Shown: positions 41,301-54,898 of the stretch, piece after piece | How positions within the stretch are numbered: the stretch's first letter is position 1 | Layout of the letters: each line of letters starts with the position of its first letter | DNA from: Eledone cirrhosa | Taxonomy: Eukaryota | Direction of reading: 5' to 3' | Assembly (NCBI GenBank): GCA_964016885.1 | Contig: OZ024740.1 | Coordinates: 198,338,001 to 198,402,000, forward strand | DNA: 64,000 bases | Position numbers and translations under genes: made by a program | Notes under the pieces: generated by a model | Database searches by the model: none | What the model saw: the letters and a program-made list of their open reading frames with translations, nothing else | What the model was told of the DNA's origin: nothing

Positions 41301-42879
41301 CACCAGACACATCGAGGCGATCGGCACTACACTAAGAGAATAAGAAGCGGTGACAGGAGCAATGATCAACCAGGAAAAGTCAGTGGGCCTGCAGCTCGGC
41401 ACCTGGAGAGTCAGGTCCATGCCGTCCAAACAGCGTCGTCGGGTGCTGGACGGACGGACCGGTTAAATTGCTTGGGGTCTGTTTCGGTCCGGACCTCCAG
41501 ACGAAAAAAAAAACTGGAACGAGGTGACGAGCAGAGTGGCTTCTCTCACCCAGAAATGAGCGGAGAAGCTATAACTGAAAGGTCGAGCGGAGCTCACTAA
41601 CGCGTACATCGCGTCCGTCATCTACTACCGCCTGACCGTCGTACCTTGTCCCTGACTGTGCTGGAGCGTTTGCTCTTTCGCTTTTTGTGGAAGGGACGTG
41701 CTCCAATGGTCAGGCGATCCCTCTGCTGTCAACATCCGCTACGTGGAGGACTGTGCATGCCGTGGCTGACGATGCGCAGACACGCGCTCAAACTACGACA
41801 TCTCCACCTCTTCCTCGACGGTGATCAGGTGTGGTCGCCGTTTGCTAGACGTGTCTTTCGCCAGCTCGTCTCCTTGACTGAGCTGCAGTCCTGGGTCAAG
41901 CGAAGACTGAGAGGGTGCGCTTGGAGACTGGAATGTCTTCAGGCGCTCATAGCCCTCGACCAATCGGGCAATGTGATCGGTGGAAACTCCACCTTGGTGT
42001 TCTCTAGAGGATTAGTGGAGAGGAAGAGCGATGACGTACTTGGGGAAACTCTAGGCGTCGACGAAAATCAACTAGCCAATCTCTTCGGAAGAATTTTTGG
42101 GCCGGGGCCTATGGACAACTTCCAGAAATCCCTGGCCTGGCAGTGCTACCGAGGAGCCTTGCCAGATCGGGATAAACTCTACAAGCATGGAAGTGCCGCC
42201 AGCCGGGCATGTCCGAGATGCGCGCAGGACGACGAAACCGTCCTGTACGCACTCGTCCAGAGTCCGAGCATTGCTGACTTGTGGGTTTATGTCGAACACC
42301 TGCTGTCGTGTGTAGGACGGATCCGCCTATCAGCTAAGTCCATCGTGAGGATTGCCCCGCCCTCTTCCTTTAGCCGGGGAGGGCAGGCAGTTTTTATCTG
42401 TCTGGTGGCCATGGCGAAAGAGATAGAATGGTGGACACGTTTGAAAGGGCTCAAGACTATCACTTACCTCTTCGGTGATGCCCTGATCAACTTTTTCAAA
42501 TTTCATTTAAAAAAGGAAAATGAGGGTAGAGAGGGTAGTGCTCTCTTCCCAGCATTTTGTTGAAAGATGGGTGAGAGAGGCAAGAATGCCCCGAGTGAAT
42601 GGGTCTACTCTGAGTATGTTTCGGTAAATTAAAGGTGGGAAACTGGGAGAGTGCACTTGCCCTGGTGGTCAGGGTCACTGTGCCTTTTTAATGGGCTTTC
42701 TCCACGAATGTCCTTCGGAAGTCTCACCCGTACTGGGGAATTTGTCATTGTTATTTTTTTTGTTACATCCTCTGTTTTTGTTTTTTACACTCAGCAATAC
42801 CCATTTGTACCGTCCTGTATTGTCCTGTACTGTCCTTAATGTCTACTTTATGTAAACCCTTGTGATTAATAAAGGAAGC
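38371..42879 (+). mobile_element. Chimeric/internally deleted Tx1 element lacking the APE domain
   Basis: A divergent ORF1 (CHGCGDKTHLKPFC) is joined at about 40060 to an ORF2 3' part nearly identical to subfamily A (YADD intact, several stops). (ATT)n tail at 42880..42900. Confidence 0.88.
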
Positions 42880-42900
42880 ATTATTATTATTATTATTATT

Positions 42901-45900
42901 GGTCTAAGCGGACGTATGTTGCTCGCTCTCAGTAAGTCGCTTTATTTGCCTGTTAAAATTATTTGTTGTTAAATAATTCTTGTTGTGTAAGGGATATAAG
43001 CCCTTAGACTTTGCCCCGTGAAGGGGAAAGTATAATATTTGGCTCTTTTGGCCCAAATATTTGAACTTTTTTTACATGTTAAAAAATTTACGAAGAAAAA
43101 AAAAAAAACATGGCTGAGCCAGCGATATGTCGGCTGTCGTGCGACAACGACGTAGAAGTTGTGAGGAGCGCTACAGCGAAATTAACACACATTGATAACA
43201 CAAACACCACCACAAACAAGGTAAACAAAGACACCAATGATACCAATAAGAACTCTAATTTGGAAATAAATGACAGTAACAGCGACTAACGAAAATACAG
43301 ATAACAAAAAAGAAAATAACAAATACAACAACAATATCAACACCACTAACATGAAAACAAATAGCGACAACACCAACAGCAACAATACCAACTGCACTGA
43401 GAACAACGGTGGCAACAAAGACAACAATGATAACAGCGACAGTGCTTACAACAACACCAACACAAACAACGACAACAACACCCCCAACGAAAACAAGAAG
43501 AACACTTTCGCTGCGGCAGCAGCAAAAAAGAGGCCATGCTTCAACATGGACCTCTCAAACAAAGATGAAAAGTTGGCCCAGGCATGGAAGCTCATCAAGC
43601 AAGAGCAAACCTGGGCCAAGTTAACTGTCCTGGTAGAAGCTATTGAGGCAGTGGAGCGCAGAACGGTGCATTATAGATGCATCTCAGCACAAACCAAAAG
43701 GGCAGCGTTAATCCCAAGAAGATGTCGAAGTCGCGCTGAGGTGCATCAGAGAAGACACCCAGTACATAGAGAGGGGCAGACAGTACGGCACCATTTCGGT
43801 GTTGTCAAATCAGAAGCCCTCGCTATGAAACACGCTAAGACTCCCTGCAAAACCAGCAAGGCCATATTGTACCCCTCACACATGGGAAAAAGAACGGCCC
43901 GTGTCCGCATTCCCAGAATCCCACCAGAACTTGACATGTGGTGGCTTCTGGGATGTGTGATTGTGGAGGGGACGGATACAGTCCCTATAGAAGTGACCAG
44001 AACAGCCAGAGAGGACTGGTCCGGGGTTGACCTGGAGATCCTTCTCCAGATCAGGCCCAAGAATGTGAAGACAAACCCGGACCACATCCGCCTGCAGAAT
44101 GGGACGGTCATTCACATTATGACCGAAGGCAAAAGGCCGCAGTGTTTTGTTTGTGGGGAAAAAACCCATTTGCGAGCCTTCTGCCCTCAACTGCTGAAAG
44201 AGGAAAGGGGTCAAAAGGCTCCACTGCTGCCGAGGCCGGGCGAGGACTACAACCACACCAGCACCGGCAAAACCACCACCAACAACACCAATAGAAAGAC
44301 CACCACCAACATTGACCACCGAGAGGGGAAACGAGGAAAGCTGTCAAATTCCCCCTCCCCCCAAAAAATACACACACCAATAAAACCATAAACTTACATA
44401 CCGACACACTTACAGACACAGACCGCTCATCTACTAGTAGTTAAAATGAGGGAAAACCAAAATCCCCCAAAATACAAAAAAGGAAACACAAAAAGAAAAA
44501 AAAAAAAATCAACAAAGCACAAAAGCACCCACAATAAAAAAACGCAGACACCACCCACGCAAACATCTCTCCAATAACACCAACATCAACACCACCATCA
44601 CCATCACCAGAATCCCCCAAACGGAAACAACCGAAACAGACGCAAGAACAAATATACACACAAACATCTGAAATCACAGACACCGCACTCACAACAAGCA
44701 CAGATACAACCGAAACAACACCACCAAAACCATCACCACCACAGCCACGCAAACGAATAAAATTACACCAACAAAACATACAAAACTTCGTGCTCGTCAG
44801 GAGGGCTAACAAGGAACTGATGGCCCTCGTATCACCAAGTGAAAATATACAAAAATAGGAGGGGGGGGATATTTAAATTGAGCACATTTTGCGTGCCGGG
44901 AGATTTGGTTCTGGTGCGAATGTCGCTCGACATATTCAAAGAAATATGAGACAGCTATCCTCGGGACGTGGGAGCCCCGAACGTTAAACCCACTTCAAGA
45001 CTTTAAAAAGGGGTTCCCAAAAGAAACCCCACCAACTATGGAGGTCGAACAACCCGACCTTCACAAGAGCCCGGAAGGTAAGTAAACCTTCCTCTCTCTC
45101 TGTTTTACCTGCCAACATGGCCGTATTAAGAGTAGGATGTTTAAATGTTCGAGGCCTGGGATCGTCCTGGAAGCAGGGTCACCTGCTCAACGACCTCAGG
45201 TCTATAGAAATGGATGTAACTGCAGTCAGCGAGACCAGAATTTCCGACACGCGCGCACTAGCCCCCATTTTCGACGACTATCAGATCTTTGCATCTGTTA
45301 GCCGGCCGGGAATGGGAGGCGAGGTGGCAGTGGTGTTTAGGAAAGGCCTGGATCTCGAGGTAAGGTCGATCTTCCGGGACCCGGACGGGAATTTAGTGGT
45401 CCTGGACGTGAACAATAACGAAGATGGTGCCTTTAGACTGGTGGCCGTCTATGCTCCTACTAGGGCAGGACGGCCGGACTTCTTTAGACGCCTGGAAGCC
45501 TTTCTGAGTACGTCTCGCCCTTTACTGTTAGCGGGGGACTGGAACGGCTTCTTAGATGCACACTGGGACTGTGTGGGAGTATCCGATAGGAGCGGGGGTG
45601 CAAAAGCCTCAAGCACCTACTCAGTCAGTTCCAATTGTCTGACAGGCACCGACTAGATTTCCCTAATGCGCCAGTGTGGACCTGGGCTAACCGCATAGGG
45701 TCATCTAGATCGTATATAGACAGGATATTCATTCGGAAAATAGACAGAAATAGTGTAAGCTGTCCACGTTTTGAAACCGTCGCCTATTCAGATCACAAGT
45801 TTGTGATCTGTATGGTCGACCTAGATAAGACGCGTAGGTTAGGACCTGGTTACTGGAAGCTAAACATGTCATTTCCGGCACGTAAGGCTTACAGAGAGCA

Positions 45901-48796
45901 GGTCAACAATTTAGTTAAGAAAAAGTTGACAGAGGGTGTCGTCAACAATAGATGGTGGGGGGTTCTCAAAAGAGAGATTAGAGTAATGTCGATAGAGTTT
46001 AGCAAAGAAGTAGCGTTAGAGAAACATAGAAGGAGGGGCAGTTGGTAGATAAGTTAGACGAGGCTATTGTAGTGGCATTGCAACTGACGTGCTAGCGGCG
46101 AGAATGGCATTAGACCATTTCTTCAATGCGAAAGACGAAGGTTACATTGTCAGAGCTAAGGCGCGTGCTCTGAGAAACGAGGGAACCAAAGCTGTTCGAT
46201 AAGCCGCGTGGCAGAGGCGCAGCGTGGTAATCAAACCACGATTCGGTGTTTGACGGACCGAGACGGGCACGAGCTGAGCGATTCCAAGAGGATGTGTGAG
46301 GCCTTTCGCCAACATTTGGCTCGGTTTTTCGGGGAAAGTGGCGGGTCAGAGATGGTGGCGGACTTCAGTCCCTACCTCGATGGCTTGCCGCAACTCTCGA
46401 CGGCTGACGCTGGGCGCCTCGAAAGGCCAATTATTTCTCCGAGATTCAGGATGCCCTTGTCGGCTGCATGAGGCGAAAGTCATCCGGTTTGGATGGTCTT
46501 CCCTACGAGCTTTACGTAAATATGCCAGACTTGTTCTCCAATCTCTTCGAAGCCCTCTACTGAAAACTGGCTGCAAAACGAGAGTATTCCCAATTCTGTG
46601 AGCCGGGGCGTAGTGACGCTGATAAGGAAAGACGAGAACAAGAGGGACACATTAGACAATTTTAGGCCCATAGCTCTGCTCCACACATAGTTTAAGATTT
46701 TGGCCAGGGTGTTAGCTAAGAGGTTGGCGCTTGTCGTCGAGGATTTGGTTGGAGAGGCGCAAACTTGCGCAATCCCAACCAGGTCCATACACGACAAACT
46801 CCACCTAATGCGATACATCATAGAGAGGGTAGGGTGTAAACCTGGCTTCGGTGGGGCTCTGATTAATTTAGATCAATCGAAAGCATTCGATAGGGTCGAC
46901 CATCGGTACCTGGAGGCTGTCCTCAAGGCGGCTGGCTTCGGACCCGTCTTCAGAAATTGAATCGCTGCAATGCACAGCGGCACCTGCTCGATGGTCAAAA
47001 TTAATGGCCACCTCTCAGAACCGTTTCAGGTCTCCCGATCGGTCCGGCAAGGGTTCCCTCTCTCCTCCCCTCTGTACGCATTGACTCTCGAGCCTTTACT
47101 GCGGAAGCTGGAGCTGTTGCAGGGAATCCCGCTCGAACCAGGACGCGGAATGGCTGTGTCGACTTATGCGCACGACATCACCGTGATGGTGTCGGACACC
47201 TCACAAATCGAGGTAGTCGGCAACTTATTGGAGGAATATGAAAGGTTGACGGGAGCAAAACTTAACCCGGAAAAGTCGGTGGGCTTGCAACTCGGCACCT
47301 GGAGAGGCAAGTCCATGCCGTCCAACAGCGGCGTTAGGCGCTGGACGGACGGACCGGTAAAGTTGCTAGGGGTTTGGTTCGGGCCAGACCTCCAGGTGGA
47401 TAAGAATTGGGACGAGGTGACAGGGAGGGTAGCCAGTCTCACCCAGAAATGGGCTGGGATGAAACTATCACTGAAAGGTCGGGCGGAGGTGGCGAATGCA
47501 TACATCGCGTCCGTCATCTACTACCGTCTGCCCGTCGTCCCTTTCCCCCGTTCGCGCCTCGCCATCTTGGAGCGGCTCCTCTTCAAATTCTTGTGGAGGG
47601 GTCACGTTCCGCTGGTGAGGCGGTCCATCTGCTGCCAGCACCCTCTACGTGGAGCGCCGGGCATGCCGTGGCTAATGATGCGCAGGCACGCGCTGAGGTT
47701 GCGGCAGATCCAGATATTCTGCCTAAACGGTGAACAGGTGTGGTCGCCGTTTATCCGACGGGCCTTTCCGCAGCTCGTTTCTTTGACTGAGTTGCAGTCC
47801 TGAGTCAAGAAGAGACCGAGACTGGGTGACTGGCATCTGGAACGTTGCCAAGCACTCACTGCCCTCTACCAAGTGGGCAATGCGGTCAGTGGAACTTCCA
47901 GTCTCGAGTTCTATTGAGGATTAGTGGTGGGCAATTGCGATGACGCACTCGGAGAGACTCTGCGAGTCAACGAAATCGAACTAACCAGTCTGAACCGGAG
48001 GACTTTCGAGCAGGGGACGATTGATAATTTCCCAAAATCCCTCGCTTGGCAGTGCTACCGGGGGGCACTGCCGGTTCGAGATAAACTCTACAGGCACGGA
48101 ATTCCTGTCAGACGGACCTGCCCGAGATGCGCGCAGAGCGACGAAACCGTTCTGCACGCACTCGTCCAGTGTCCGTGCATTACTGACATGTGGAGTTATG
48201 TTGAACAGCTGTTGTCGCGTGTAGAACGGATCCCGCTATCGCCCGAGTCCATAGTGAAGATCGACCCGCCGCCTTCTTCTGGCCAGGAAGGGCAGGCAAT
48301 TTTCCTCTGTCTGGTGGCAGTAGAGAAAGAGGTTGTATGGGGGACGTGGTTGAAAGGACTGAAGCCAGATACTTTTCTCTTCGGCCAATCCCTCATCAAC
48401 TTTTTCAAGTTTCGCTTGGAAAGGAAGGTGAGGGTGGAGAGAGAAGTGCTTCCCCCCAGTACATTTTCTGAAGGTGAATGTGGCGAGAAAAGCTCGTGTG
48501 AGTGGGCCTACTCTGGTCATGCGGCTGTAGGTAGGTAAATTTGAAGAGGAGAGGGGTGCCCTTCCAGGGTGCTCTCGAAGCGTCGGATCGTTCAGGACTG
48601 GTGGGGTACCTGAGCGAACCCTAGGTGGTCATCACCTCTATTGGGGAATGTTTTCTTGTTACTTTATTGTCACTTTGTTATTGTTACTTTGTTATTGTTA
48701 TTCATATTGTTTACTCGATTTTTCTGTAAAACCCCACTGTCCCAGTCTTTTGTATTGTCCCCTATATGTCGGCCCTTGTGTCCAATAAATGAAATC
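42901..48796 (+). mobile_element. Full-length Tx1-clade LINE, subfamily B (defective)
   Basis: Own 5'UTR, ORF1 with CFVCGEKTHLRAFC, ORF2 from 45117 (CLNVRGL, GDWN, SDH, KAFDRV, YAHD, CPRC..HALVQC) with frameshifts. (ATT)n on both sides. Confidence 0.92.
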
Positions 48797-48813
48797 ATTA
48801 TTATTATTATTAT

Positions 48814-48999
48814 GGCGGTGGATTGGCAGTATCGGTAGAGGGTCGGAGGCCATGCTTTGACGCATAGAGTTACGGCCCTTTCCATTCTAAGTTCAAATCC
48901 CGCCGAGGTTAACTTTGCCTTTCATCCTTACGGGGTCGATAAAATAAAGTACCAGTAATGTAATGGGTAATTGCTGGCCATGTGCCAAAAGTAGAAACA
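48814..48999 (+). mobile_element. Full-length tRNA-derived SINE inserted in the (ATT)n tail of Tx1-B
   Basis: A and B boxes, core and tail all present; (ATT)n on both sides. Confidence 0.9.
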
Positions 49000-49719
49000 A
49001 TTATTATTATTACACTCTGCTTAGTTCTACACCTCTATACTTACTGGAAACTATGCATCGAGTGCTCACTGTGGTGAACCTACAGTAACTGGACATTACA
49101 ATCCCTATATATATATACATAGGGATTGTGACGTTAACGAGTGTAAATTTTACTCATTTACTAGGTGTATTATAGCTCTAACTAAATAACAGTTCGTGTG
49201 TGTGTGTTTGGTGTTCAAGATATGAACGAAGATCATAATATCGAGCTCAGGAGAGGCCGGAATCTCAAATATAAAGGAATGTAACAAACTAAACTAATAC
49301 ATTTGGTCTCGCTCTACCTGAAAAAAAGAATCTACTTTAGAAATCGATTCAGTTTAATTACATTAACATGGGAATGACAATGACGGCAACCACTGCGGAA
49401 ATGTGAAGATATTAAACAATTGATCAAAACAATGTTGTTTTCACAATATAATACCTACGATTCATAATTCTATACAGGTGAATGTTTTATCCCAGGCAAT
49501 ATATTACACATTTACAAGATTAGTGAACTGAAAGGCAATATACGTAGCTTATAAAATTTGATTATTAGGAGATATAGCATACAAAAGGCTGTCTCAAATT
49601 TAATAAAAACTACGAATCAATATGAATATATATATAGTACAGAGCATAATTTGTTGAGAATAACTTTTACTTTTAATATTTTATAAAACCAAAATTTCCT
49701 TTTAACACCTCCTCGGTAA

Positions 49720-50820
49720 AATTTGTTCTAAGTGGCTGAGAAATTGAGGTGTGAATATTGTGGTTTTCACTCCTGTCGCAGCATAGCCAACGAAATATTC
49801 ACAGTGAGGCAGGTTTTAAAAAAGTCGGGGCTGCATTGCCAAGAGGTGTATCCTAGTTTCGTAGACCTCGAAAAGGCATATGACCACAGGACATGCTTTG
49901 GAAGGTTGTTCAATGGTATGGGATAGATAGACAGCTTCTTGTCTCATACGAATGCCCTATTATTTGTGTTCGGATAAATGGTGCTAAGTCGAACCATATG
50001 GTGATTGGACCCCGCCAATAGTACATTCCATTTTATAATCTTCATGAACAGAATTGACATGAGCAGCCGGTTTGACAGTAGTATCAAGACTGGCGGGTAT
50101 AGGATCAGTCGGTGGAAATTTGCGGATGATATGATATTACATAGCTCGTCAGAATGGATGCTCCGACATGCACTTGATAGGATTGGTGCCGAGTGCTACA
50201 CAGTAGGAATGAAAATCGGCGTTGCGAATAATAAGACACACCACCTCTCACAGACGCCTGCACACAGCACTCTACAAGTATATGTAGTCTTACTGAATCA
50301 GGTGGAAAAAAGTAAGTATCTTCGGACTGTGTTCACTCGTGTGGAAAGCAGGAGGCTTAATTAAGTGTAAAAATTGCCGAAGCTGCTACAGCTTCAATAC
50401 TCGGTCATCAGAAGAACGTTGGTAGTTGTAAAAGCCAAACTCACACTCTTCAATTCGGTAATCATACCCATACTTACCTATGGTTATAAATCTTGGTAAT
50501 GACAGAACAAATACAATCGTGAATACAAGCGGTCGAAACGTGTTCCCCCGAAGGATCTTTGGGGTGAAGTTACTCGATAGAGTGCGTAGCTCGGAGACCA
50601 GAGAATCGCTCCAGAAAGATCCGCTACTTCTCAAAATTAGGAGATGATAGCTCCCATATTACGGACATGTGGTAAAATGTCACAGGAAAGAACCACTGGC
50701 CAGATTTTACGAGCAAAACCAACCAAGATAACATCCCTAAGCTAGGTTCGTCTCGATTGATCAATTGGAGGTGGTTGCTTCTGACAGGGCCCTCTGAAAG
50801 GCGTGCTTGGGGACTCTGTT
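49720..50820 (+). mobile_element. Degenerate RTE-like LINE RT fragment
   Basis: CGFHSCRS..IFTVRQ, FVDLEKAYD, FADDMIL, GMKI, VEKSKYL, PILTYG. Confidence 0.7.
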
Positions 50821-51301
50821 TCTCACAGTAAAGGGGTATTTTTCACTTAGTCTCATTGTTGGATAGTTATCATAGCAGTTTTCTGGCAGCTACAATTACT
50901 AAGTATAACATATATTTAGGCTCAAATAAGTAATGTGAATAAAACAATAAAATTTGAGTTGGTTGAGAAAAAGCAGTTCCCTTTCTGTTTCATTTCACTT
51001 CATGCTTGTTACAGCACGAGGAAATGTTATCAATGTATTTGTAAAAATTGAAACCCCTCCACAAAGGAAAACAAATAGACTGCACCTATAAATTTCCTTT
51101 ACTAACGGACGGTAGGAGACTAGTCCAAGCAACACAGCCTGAGTGGCGAAGATAATGAATTCACATGAAGATTTAGAAACTGTCATGCGTTACATTTACA
51201 TGGCACAGAAGAAAATGAAAAAATAACCATATTAAACATGTACGAATACTTATGAAATAAGCATTGAAAGAATATAATTGAGAGAAATATAGGTGACCTA
51301 C

Positions 51302-51907
51302 CTCATAAAAGACGGCAGCTGGCATTACCATGACAGCTACTAAAATATCTGCTACAGCCAATGAACATATAAAGAAGTTTGTCGCACATTTTAAGCTGCG
51401 TTCTCGGTACACACTCATTACAACTAGAACGTTCCCAAAAACAGTTAATAGCGGGAAGACAGCGAGTATGAGTTTCCAATATTTTAATCCTACTTCTTCG
51501 GGGGATAACACATCGGTGTTCGAAGAATTCCAGCAGAAAGTCTCATTCCAGTCACAGAGCCATACGCTATCGTTGTATATCACTAGAGAATCAGTTGTCA
51601 TTGATGAAACATTTCTAGCGGCAGATGAGTTGTGTAGATTGGAAAGATTGGTAGAGGAAACAGGGCTTCCGGGTATGCCATTGTGATCGTGTACGTGCCT
51701 TTGCGGCGACTCTCCTACTCCAGATAAAATATCAACAGGATCTGTACCAAGAAGTCCTTCAAAAAAATCAGGGGATGGCGGGGTTTCTGGTTCTTTATTA
51801 TCGGACGGTGCCAAAAGTTTTTCAAGAAGTTTGCTTCCTCCATTATAAGTCACCGTGGCCATTTTGGTGGTTAAAGTTTGAACGGAGGAAGTTTTGTAGA
51901 AATCCAT
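51302..51907 (-). CDS. D2-like dopamine receptor (class A aminergic GPCR), first coding exon (N-terminus, TM1, TM2)
   Basis: YWKLILAVFPLLTVFGNVLVVMSVYRERSL..ATNFFICSLAVADILVAVMVMP has the GN and LAxAD motifs and resembles invertebrate D2-like receptors. Several N-x-S/T sites in the N-terminus. Homology ends at FYE, followed by a phase-0 donor GAG|GTAGGT (51301..51296). The start codon could alternatively be the second Met (MATVT). Confidence 0.85.
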
Positions 51908-52096
51908 TTTGTAGAGTATCGTTGCAATATCTATATCTGCAAATAGATTACGATACTAATATAGTTTTTCAAAGATGGAGCATGGATATACACAGTTAAC
52001 GATGGTATACTATATCCATATCCAGAGCGTCTATTATTTCGTTTGTTATAATTCAATGCAAATCATTCGATTTGATATCCATTAGTGTCAATTTCT

Positions 52097-52125
52097 CTGG
52101 ATTGCAATAAAGAAAGAAAGCAAAA
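52097..52125 (-). other. Candidate splice acceptor for the receptor's first coding exon
   Basis: Minus strand TTTTGCTTTCTTTCTTTATTGCAATCCAG|AG. Alternative acceptors at about 51937 and 54584 (TTTTTTGGTTTACTTTCAG). Confidence 0.4.
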
Positions 52126-54898
52126 TATCTTCAGGTTCTATGTTTGATGACGCTTATAAGAATACGAAAAAAAAAATGTGTGAAGAACTGAAATCTTGAT
52201 AGTGAGTATGAATGAAGGCATATAAACATATGTCTCGTTCTTTTAATCAAATTATTTCATTCGTATTTAGAACAGTATATAAAAATATAAATGTATATAT
52301 ATAATTTTGTTCATACTATTAATTTTTCCATAAGACGAATTTACTGTGTATGGAAAGTTCTAGTCGAGAAACTGTTTTAGGAAAGTGGGATTGTTAGGAA
52401 CTTTGGATTCAATTATAACATTAATATATATTTTAAAATAAAACCCGTTTAATATATGAATATATATAACGACTACTTTCAGTTATACAGATGTTCTTCA
52501 TTTACTGATTATTATCGCCCTCATCTTCGACGTCGCCTTCAGTTTGAGAACAGACGGCATTGGACATATATGACGTTAGCTAAACTGAATTTCATACTGA
52601 ATGGCTAACTTACGTGCAATTCGACAGCTCAGTTTTCCACAATTGTTTCTGTTATAAACAAAGTGATCAGCGGGTTTGTCCATTGCGTTAGGCGAGACGG
52701 CATTCTTAATACACAAAACAGGAGAAATGTATAAACTTTCTTGTGGAGATATTTTCTTCCAAGCTAGGGTAAGAGCTAAGTTAATATGGGTAAATGGTGC
52801 AAGATAAAGATGGCGGTTGATTTTTAAAGATTTTCTCGGTGAGCTTTTTGGTGCGATTTTCTTTTTCAACCGCAACATGACGTAGTCATTTAGTTACGGA
52901 GTTATATCAACGTTAACACCGAAATGCTGTATAGATATTGTAGTCAATTATCACAAAATCTTCCATCGATATAAATAATATACTAGAAAGTAATTCATGA
53001 AAGAGATCGTTCCAGATTAAAATTCCCTTTCGCGACATTCACTTCGGTCTTAACAGAAACTTTAACAATAATTTTATTCAAATATCGCTTTATCTAAAAT
53101 ACAATATATTTTATTTTATAATGGATGTTCTTTCCGACAATTTAAATGTCATTAAAATCAATCAAGATTATCTAATTATACGTTCTGTATAAAGACGTTT
53201 ACTATTCGATATTAATGTTATCACTAGCATTTGGTTCAATATAATATATAAAAGATGAATATAACAGAACTCTAATTATTTTATAGTTGATGCTATAAAT
53301 TAATAGTATACTACTTTGCAAAATATATTCGTAGTTTTAAAAGTATTTCCTTCGTGAAAATAATCATATTTTTCATTGAGTGAATGTTTAGACCAACATG
53401 AAATATTTGCTGACTTTGATATTTTTAGGTAGGCTAATGATAATTATTATGGAATGAATTTGATGAATCTAATGAATATATTGTATTTACTGACTGTGTT
53501 GAATATTATTTACATCAGTAATAGATCTAGAAACACTTTCAAGTCACATGAATCACTTTAAAAGAGGGGAGATATTAAAATGTTTCAAATGCATTTAGAC
53601 TAACCATGTGAAAGACTATTAATTTGGATAAAGTTTCAAATCATTAAACCAAACATTTCAATGATTTAGACAATGGTAATGTAAATATTGATGATTTACT
53701 TTCATTTATAATAATGTTAACAAGATCGAAAGTGATTTATGTATATTTCAAATATACTTGCTATTGATTTTACACTTGAAAAACTATTTCGAGTAAATAT
53801 TTGAATATAACACATTTAGAAATATCTTTTAACCCAGTTTAAGCAAAATAGTATCTTCGTCCTATTGAAATATAAATATTCAGTTGATTAGATGTTTATG
53901 TCACTAACTAAAATTTCATGATTTTAACTCGTTTACTACAAAATATTACATACATTTATATTCTTTTACCGCTTTCCGTCATTTAACTTCGGTTATGCTA
54001 TGAGTGAAAGTCTTCAAAATGTTTGATATTTGGATGATTTATTTTCATGAAACGGTTTATTTCACTTTAAATAATGCTAAAGAATTAAACTTTCAATAAT
54101 CATTGAAACACCAGTAATCTTCTGAAGAATTATTGGGATGGAAATGAAATTATACCACGCAGGATAGAAAAATAAAACATTAATATAGAGACTTTGATAT
54201 AGTCTTCACTTAATCTTTCATTTTGTAATATGAATCCATTTTCTTGCCGACATTATCTCTTTATAGAGGTTTTACACACCAGTTTCTCCCCATTTATTCG
54301 TATATACATATATGTACATGTGTATATATGTATAGATCAAGATATCGTTGGTTATGGACACTGATATGTATTTTCTTCCATTGAAGCTTAAACTTTTATC
54401 TAAATAATGTAGTCAAGTCACATTTATAGTAGATTCGCAAATGTGTAAATAGTTTCCCTGTACATGTCATCGTAGATTGAAAAAGTGAACTCTTATTCTT
54501 GCAAAACAATTTAATTACTCTGTAGTCATTGTTAAAAATATCAGCTTCGAGTTTTTGCTTGTTCTTTCATTGAAGTGGACGTTCTGAAAGTAAACCAAAA
54601 AATATGTATAAGTTTGTAAGTATGTATGTATTTATGTATATACGTATGTATGGATGTATATGTATACACTGTTATGCAACATCTAATATCTGACTCGAAA
54701 TTGTGTTACAAGTAAAGAGAAATTGAGGATGCTCCAGTGGAAGAGCAAGAGACCAGATCTTACATAGCTTTTAAACTTAATCATGAGAAAAACATAATGG
54801 AATGACAATAAATAAGAATAAATGACGTTTGTATTCTGCTCTAAATAGAAATAACGATTAAAATTATAGTAATAATAATAATACTAATACTAATAATA

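Noticed and set aside
51173-51301. C-terminal 42 aa of the 244-aa GPCR ORF
   Set aside because: Read-through into the intron past the GTAGGT donor; no TM3 homology.
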